Shown: piece after piece, positions 57,701 to 63,700 of the stretch
How positions within the stretch are numbered: the first letter of the stretch is position 1
How the letters are laid out: every line of letters starts with the position of its first letter
NCBI GenBank assembly: GCA_022711395.1
Contig: JAKLFA010000003.1
Span: 290,509 to 354,508 of the forward strand
Direction of reading: 5' to 3'
DNA length: 64,000 nucleotides
From: Candidatus Omnitrophota bacterium
GTDB taxonomy: Bacteria; Omnitrophota; Gorgyraeia; Zapsychrales; JANLHA01
Position numbers and translations under genes: made by a program
Notes under the pieces: model-generated
Seen by the model: only the letters and a program-made list of their open reading frames with translations
Database searches by the model: none
What the model was told of the DNA's origin: nothing

Positions 57701-60700
57701 TTAAGCAAAACGTGGCCTTGCCTGAATTAGGGGAAGCAGTAAACGCATCCGCCATGCGCGGAAAAGCTGCGCCTGTGGCAGGGGATTCAGCGTTGACGAA
57801 TTCAGCCGTTCTGCCGGGAGCAGATGACAGTGCGCTGCCGGAGCTTCCTCAACCGGATATTAATCCAGCGGTCCTTCCGGATACGTCAACACCGTTGCCG
57901 ATCCAGCTTAATCCCGGCATGTTGCCGGTCTATATATTAGGGAAGGCGGATACAAATGTTCCTGATCCGATAGGACAAGGTTCTGAACGAGATTCTAAAC
58001 AGTCTCCGGTTGTTCCTGTCAGTGGAAGTCAATTACCGCTTCCTCTTATACCGGCTGATGGCGGAACTCCTGGACCCGGCACAGGCACAGGATCAAAGGC
58101 AAATTCTACCGCATTTGTGGTGTTAGCCCGTTCAATCTTGCCTGCGTCTAAGCAAGAAGTGCGAGCAGCGCCTAATAATTTGGATCAAACTCAAGGAGAT
58201 TTTGAGATCACAGATATCCGAATGGCCAGTCGCAAGAACTGGACTGGTACGGGCTTGAGTCCAACGGCATGGGTCTCTGCCGACCACTCCACAGTGGTTC
58301 AGGCAGAGGGAGCAGTAGAGTGGATAGGACTTGGAGTAGGAACAGTTGTAGAAGGTGTGGTATTTGACAATGTGGCTAACTTGTTGAGCAACACAGGCTT
58401 GAGTAGAGTGGCGCTTAACGAGGGAGAAGCAGATGCGTGGTCTGTGCGCCTTGGCGCGAACTTCACGCAAGAAGTAGCAGGATCAGTTGTAGAGGTAGAA
58501 GCAGCAGTAGAAGGTGTGACTGATGGATCGAACTCGGCTGTCTTAGGTGGCGTAACGACTGATAAGGGAGAAACAGAAGCACGGTCTGTGCGCTACGGCG
58601 CAGAAAACGTGCAACGTACTGGAATAGTAATAAGCAGCAGAAGTAGCCGTAGAGGTAATCGTTCTTTGAAGGGTCATGATACTGAAGCGCGCGGCATTCT
58701 GGTTGCCGCTATTCAGCCTTGGGCTCTGCTTGAGGCCGGAGAAGGCATTCTGGATGTGGTAAGCGGCTTAGGTACCAAGATCCTGGCTAGTGTAGTTGCA
58801 GTAGGAAGTAAACCTGTTGTAACGGGTGTCAAACAGGGTTCTCAGAGTGCGGGTTCTAGAGATAGAACTGAGCATTCGAGTCCGCTGGCGATGCCTGAGG
58901 TTCTTGGGGTGCGTATTGACAGCTCATATAGTGTCAGCCGTAGATCCAGGAATCAAAATGCCGGACGTTCGAACAGCAAAGCCTTTGGCCGCGCTGTGAA
59001 TCGTTTGGCCAGAACCATTAGAGGTATTATTGGAACAGTTGTAAGAAGTAGACGTAATCGCTCTGTGGAACACAACAGTCGTGGGTCGGATAGTTCTGCT
59101 GAAGGTGAATCCGCTGATTCTGATGCGGATGCTGATGCAGAAGATTCACGAAGTGTAAGAACAATCAGTGGAAGTTATGATGTAGAAGGAAGTCGTTCTG
59201 TCATCAGTTCAGTAAGTGCGGATCAATCCGAAAGATTGGTCCAAAATGCAGTTCAGGGAGTGCGAGAACTGCAGAATGTAAGCGCCGGATCCAATGCGGC
59301 TGTAGTCGCGGAAGGTCAGGTGAATTCTGCTGATGCTGATGATCAAGGTGTGAGAAGTGTTGGAACTAAGGATGTAGAAGGAAATCGTTCTGTCATCAGT
59401 TCAGTAAGTGCGGATCAATCCGAAAGATTGGTCCAAAATGCAGTTCAGGGAGTGCGAGAACTGCAGAATATGACCGCAGGATCTGATCGTGCGGTTTCTG
59501 CTATTACTGATGATCATGGAGTTGAAGGTAATCGCTTGCTGAATGCAGGCGCTGTATATAGTGTAGGAACCTCACAGCTCGAAAGAGCTGATTCTGATAG
59601 TCCTGAGTTGCGCGAAGAAGAAAGAGCGGCTCAGGCTCAAGACGTTTCTACCACAAGTATTCCGGCTGCGACAACAACCGGAACAGGCTTCGATGGAAAT
59701 GCGAAGAGAAGCCAGTTCTGGGCATCTGTTCGTATGGCCGGGTTCAAGACAGAAGCACGCATCATCCTGACCAGGATGACAGGTGCTTTGAGTACGTTTA
59801 TCCTCGCAATACTCAAAGGCGCTCAATCCATCCGTGCGCCGAACTTCGTTAATTTAACAGCGTCTATTAACTTTATGAAGAGCCTGATCAAGGGCGGTCT
59901 TTCTATTGTCCGGACCGCGTATGATCAGGCTTCTTCATTTATCAAAGGAGGGTCATCATGGTACTCGTTAACACACAACCAGATGTCGAATTCAAGTATT
60001 TCCTTGAAGTCCCTAAGTCACGCTGCACGTTCTGCTCAGGGAGAGACAGAACAACCGGTAAGACCAAGCTTTACCTTGTCTTCCATGAACACCAACGCGT
60101 CTACACTCGCAACGGGCTCAGAGGAACCTGGGAAGAGCTCGAATCAGGAACAAGCAGACAGCTTAGAAACATCCTCAACGATGCCTACACAGACATCAGC
60201 ATCCCGCGCTACAGCTCGAACAAGTACCAGTCGCTTATCAATTAGAGATCATGTGTATTCAACCGGGCTATGGCTGCTGTTGGGGATTGTTCTTTCTGCC
60301 TATATGTCCGGGATGCATATTTTAGTCATTGTAGCGATCGCGTCTGTTTGGTTAGGAATCTCAGCCAGGATCTATCAAGGAACATCCTTAAGCCAGAACA
60401 AAGGCAAAGGGCTCTTAACTCGTATTGTTGAGAATACGGTTTTAAAGAACACCATTTTGTGGTTCATGATCTTCTTCTATGGATTTGCCGGAAACGCCAT
60501 GGGCGCTTCCATGAAAGCCGAAGATCGTGATGCTGGATACAAAGCTCCAAACGTGGTCAATGTGGAGAATTGGACCGGTCACCAGAGCGGCATGTCGTTG
60601 TCTGGCACCACATTATGGATGGGCGATCGCGCGAATGATCAAGGAATTTTAAGGTTAGCGCATGCGATGGCTCAACAGAACCGCGGGCCGGCCAAGGTTG

Positions 60701-63700
60701 TGGCGGCTGCTGACATGACCGGTGACGGCAATAACAATCCGCCAGCCCAGCCTGATGCAGAAGACACCAAACCGGCCAAGGCCCAAGATCCGGCTCCGGC
60801 TAAAGACACTAAGAAGCCGGTTGAGCCCAGCAAAGCTCCCGTGGCGCCGATTGCCACGATCGATGATGAGACGTTAGGAAAGGCCCTCACCAGCGGTATG
60901 CCGCTGCGCTCGGAAGAAATTTTTGCCAACTTCGAGCATCCGTATAATGTCCGGCTTTTCGCCGCGGCTTTAGCCCAGGCTGAAAGCAAAATGCAACATC
61001 AGATGGCCACCGATGACGGCAGCGGCTTGTTCGGCATGAGCGAAGAAGAGTGGTCTCAGGCCGTTCAATATATGCTCAACCATAAGTTGTTGGAACAGCC
61101 GTTGTCTTACGCGCATGTCTTAGACCCGAACGTGGCCGCTGAGGTCGCGATGGCTAAGTTGAACTATCAGTTCGAGCTTCTGAAGAGCAACCATATGGCT
61201 GACGGCAAGTCTCAGGAAGAGGTCCAGAGACTGGCCCTGGCTGCTTACAGGATGGGCATGGATGAAGTTGTCAAAGCCGGTAAAGTCCCAGCCGCGGCCA
61301 AGGCCTTTGTTGACCAGGTGATGGCTGATTATAAGCGTTCTGATGAGATGACACGCAAAGCCTACAACCTGGAAGTTGTTTACAACCTGCCTAAGACCAT
61401 GTCCGCCGCGCCGGTCTTTACGCCGTATACCAATGGCTTGGGCATTGTTGATGCTCTGGAAGGAAAACATGAAGAACATAAAGTCGGTCCGAAAACAGAA
61501 GTGTTGGAAGCCGTAAAGCAGAGCGCTGAAGATGCGGTGACCAGGTCTGTTCCGCAGAACGCGAAAGCGGAAGAAGACAGAACTGATGCAGCTCTTGCGC
61601 AAGAGAAGAAGTCTTCTGAAGATCCGCTTCTGCCGGCCCTTCCAGAAGGAGACGTTTCGCTCGACCCGACCAGCATGGTCCTGCCGCCCAAAGACGCGTT
61701 AGGGACAGAGTTGCCCACGCTTTCGATCGGGGAACCTGTTGAGGGGACAGGGATGTTCCGTCGCGTGCAGGTCAGCATTAAAGCGAAGGGCCTGGAAGAT
61801 GTTCAGGCTACAAAATATGGATATCAATCAGACGAGCATATTGACAGCAATTCTTTGAACGGGATCGGTCATAGCAATAACCGTCTGGTCAAAGATGTGA
61901 GCGTGGCCCTTATGGCGGAAACAGCCAATGCCTTGGGAGTGTCTTCAGGTGATTTGATTGTTATCCGTTTGAAGAATGGGCAAACGCTCCTGGGAAGATA
62001 TGATGACACCATTCCGTCATTGTATAAAGGGCACAGGGTTGACTTCTATACGCCATCGGGAGAGTTGTCTTTTGATGGGCAGAAGGTCGAGTTGTTTAGC
62101 TATAAACAGATCATGAGCGGCCTTTCTGCTGAAGATCAGACAACGATCAAGGCGGAAGCCGGCCTGCTTGCTTCGAAGACGAATGACACACAAGAAGCGG
62201 CCGTGGCCGGCCAGAGCAAGATATTGAGGAACATGAGCACGCAGGTCGAGCTGACGGCCGATCTGAGGGTCGAAACGATCGACGGCAAAAAGACCCTGGT
62301 CCTTGACCGCAGCTATTATGAATTGGGCGAGAACGAGTTGGCGAAAGTGTATCTGCCGCTGATGGAGAAATTGGGCGTTGACCGCATCGTGATCAAGGGC
62401 AAACAGCCGGTCGCTTATTTCATGGAAGACGGCAAACTGAACACCAAGCGCTTTATGCAGACAGCGGCTCACGGCCAGACCTACCGCGAAAGCGGATATT
62501 ACGGCACGGCGGTCGATACCAAGAGCTGGATCGTGACGGTTCAGGTTCCGTTCGCCTCGCCGGTCCGCACGCCGGTTGCCGGTAACGTGGCCGCGGTCGC
62601 CTTGACAGCGGACGGCTGGAAAGTCACGGTCCAGGCCGAGAACAAGATTGAGACGATCTTCACGCACCTGGGCGAAACAGCGGTCAAGGCGGGCGAAACA
62701 TTGGCAGCGGGCGATCTGATCGGTCTGGCGGGCGAATTCAAGAGCAAGGATGCGAAAGAATATCATTTCCGTATCCAGGTCAAAGAAGACGGCAAGGAGG
62801 TCAACCTTTTGAAGAAAAATGACGGCGCCTCAACGATCGAAGGCGTTCGTCAGGCCTTTGTGAAGAATTTCAACCTCGATCAGGCGGAAGTCGATTTCTA
62901 TACCGGCAAGCTCGAAACGCATGAAGAGCGTAAGACAGAAGCGGACAGCGCCATCGCCGATAACAATGCCCATGTTGAAAAAGGCAAGCTCGAGATCGAG
63001 AAGCAAAAAATCGCTGTTGAGCAGGCCAACGATCCGGAACAGATCCGCCGCAGAGAACAGAGCGCGATCGGCTTCTACTTGTTCGGCAAGCGCGATTGGG
63101 ATGTGGCGAATCCTTATGGCAACGCGAACGCCAGCCGCAGCATGACCGACGCCTTATACGGCACGCCGGCCAATGAGGGCGGTTTCTGGTTCGGGGTCGG
63201 GTTCAATTCGATCTATTCAACGGGCGTCGGCGGTCCGGTCCTCACCCTGGGCGACAACAGCTTCTCACTCGATATTTCCGGCGGCGTGAACAATCAATTC
63301 TTAGGCACATGGGGACAGCTGGCTGGCGATGTGTTTGGGGCTGAAGATGTTCTTTCTAAGGGTCCGGCTGCTACAGCGTTGTTTGGCATTTCATTAACCG
63401 ATAATCTTATTAAGTTGCGCAATACATATGAGGATATTTCACACCGCGCCAATCAGTATGGCTATACTGAATTTTTTGATCAGGGCTGGATCTTCAACAA
63501 ACCTTGGAAGTTGGCGCTGGATACATCCAGGGTTGTTCCCAATCCGCGCCCGATCAACGGTGAATGGGTCAGCGATCCGTATCATCACGCGGACTTTACG
63601 CCCGCGCGCATATTAGAGTATCCCGGCAAGCTGGTCAAAGGCCTGCTGACACTGGATGCCTTTACATCTGATTTCTGGAGCAATAATCCGCTTTATAAGC

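Noticed and set aside
58600-59150. Arg/Ser-rich stretch (RSSRRGNRS..., SRRSRNQNAGRSNS..., RSRRNRSVEHNSRGSDSS) that might suggest a frameshifted or non-coding segment
   Set aside because: The frame is continuous and flanked by clearly coding sequence. I interpret it as a charged low-complexity linker within the protein.
59958-60245. 95-aa + strand ORF (MVLVNTQPDVEF...)
   Set aside because: It is out of frame (frame 0) relative to the verified frame-1 giant ORF, which stays open through this region. It is an overlapping shadow frame.
62017-62766. 249-aa ORF on the - strand, with similar antisense ORFs at 61120-61602, 60672-60989, 51301-51798, 48481-48951, 46612-47046 and 43380-43868
   Set aside because: All lie antisense inside the continuous + strand giant ORF. 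Their composition is low-complexity and Arg/Ala-rich, as expected for GC-rich antisense frames, and they have no RBS. These are shadow ORFs.
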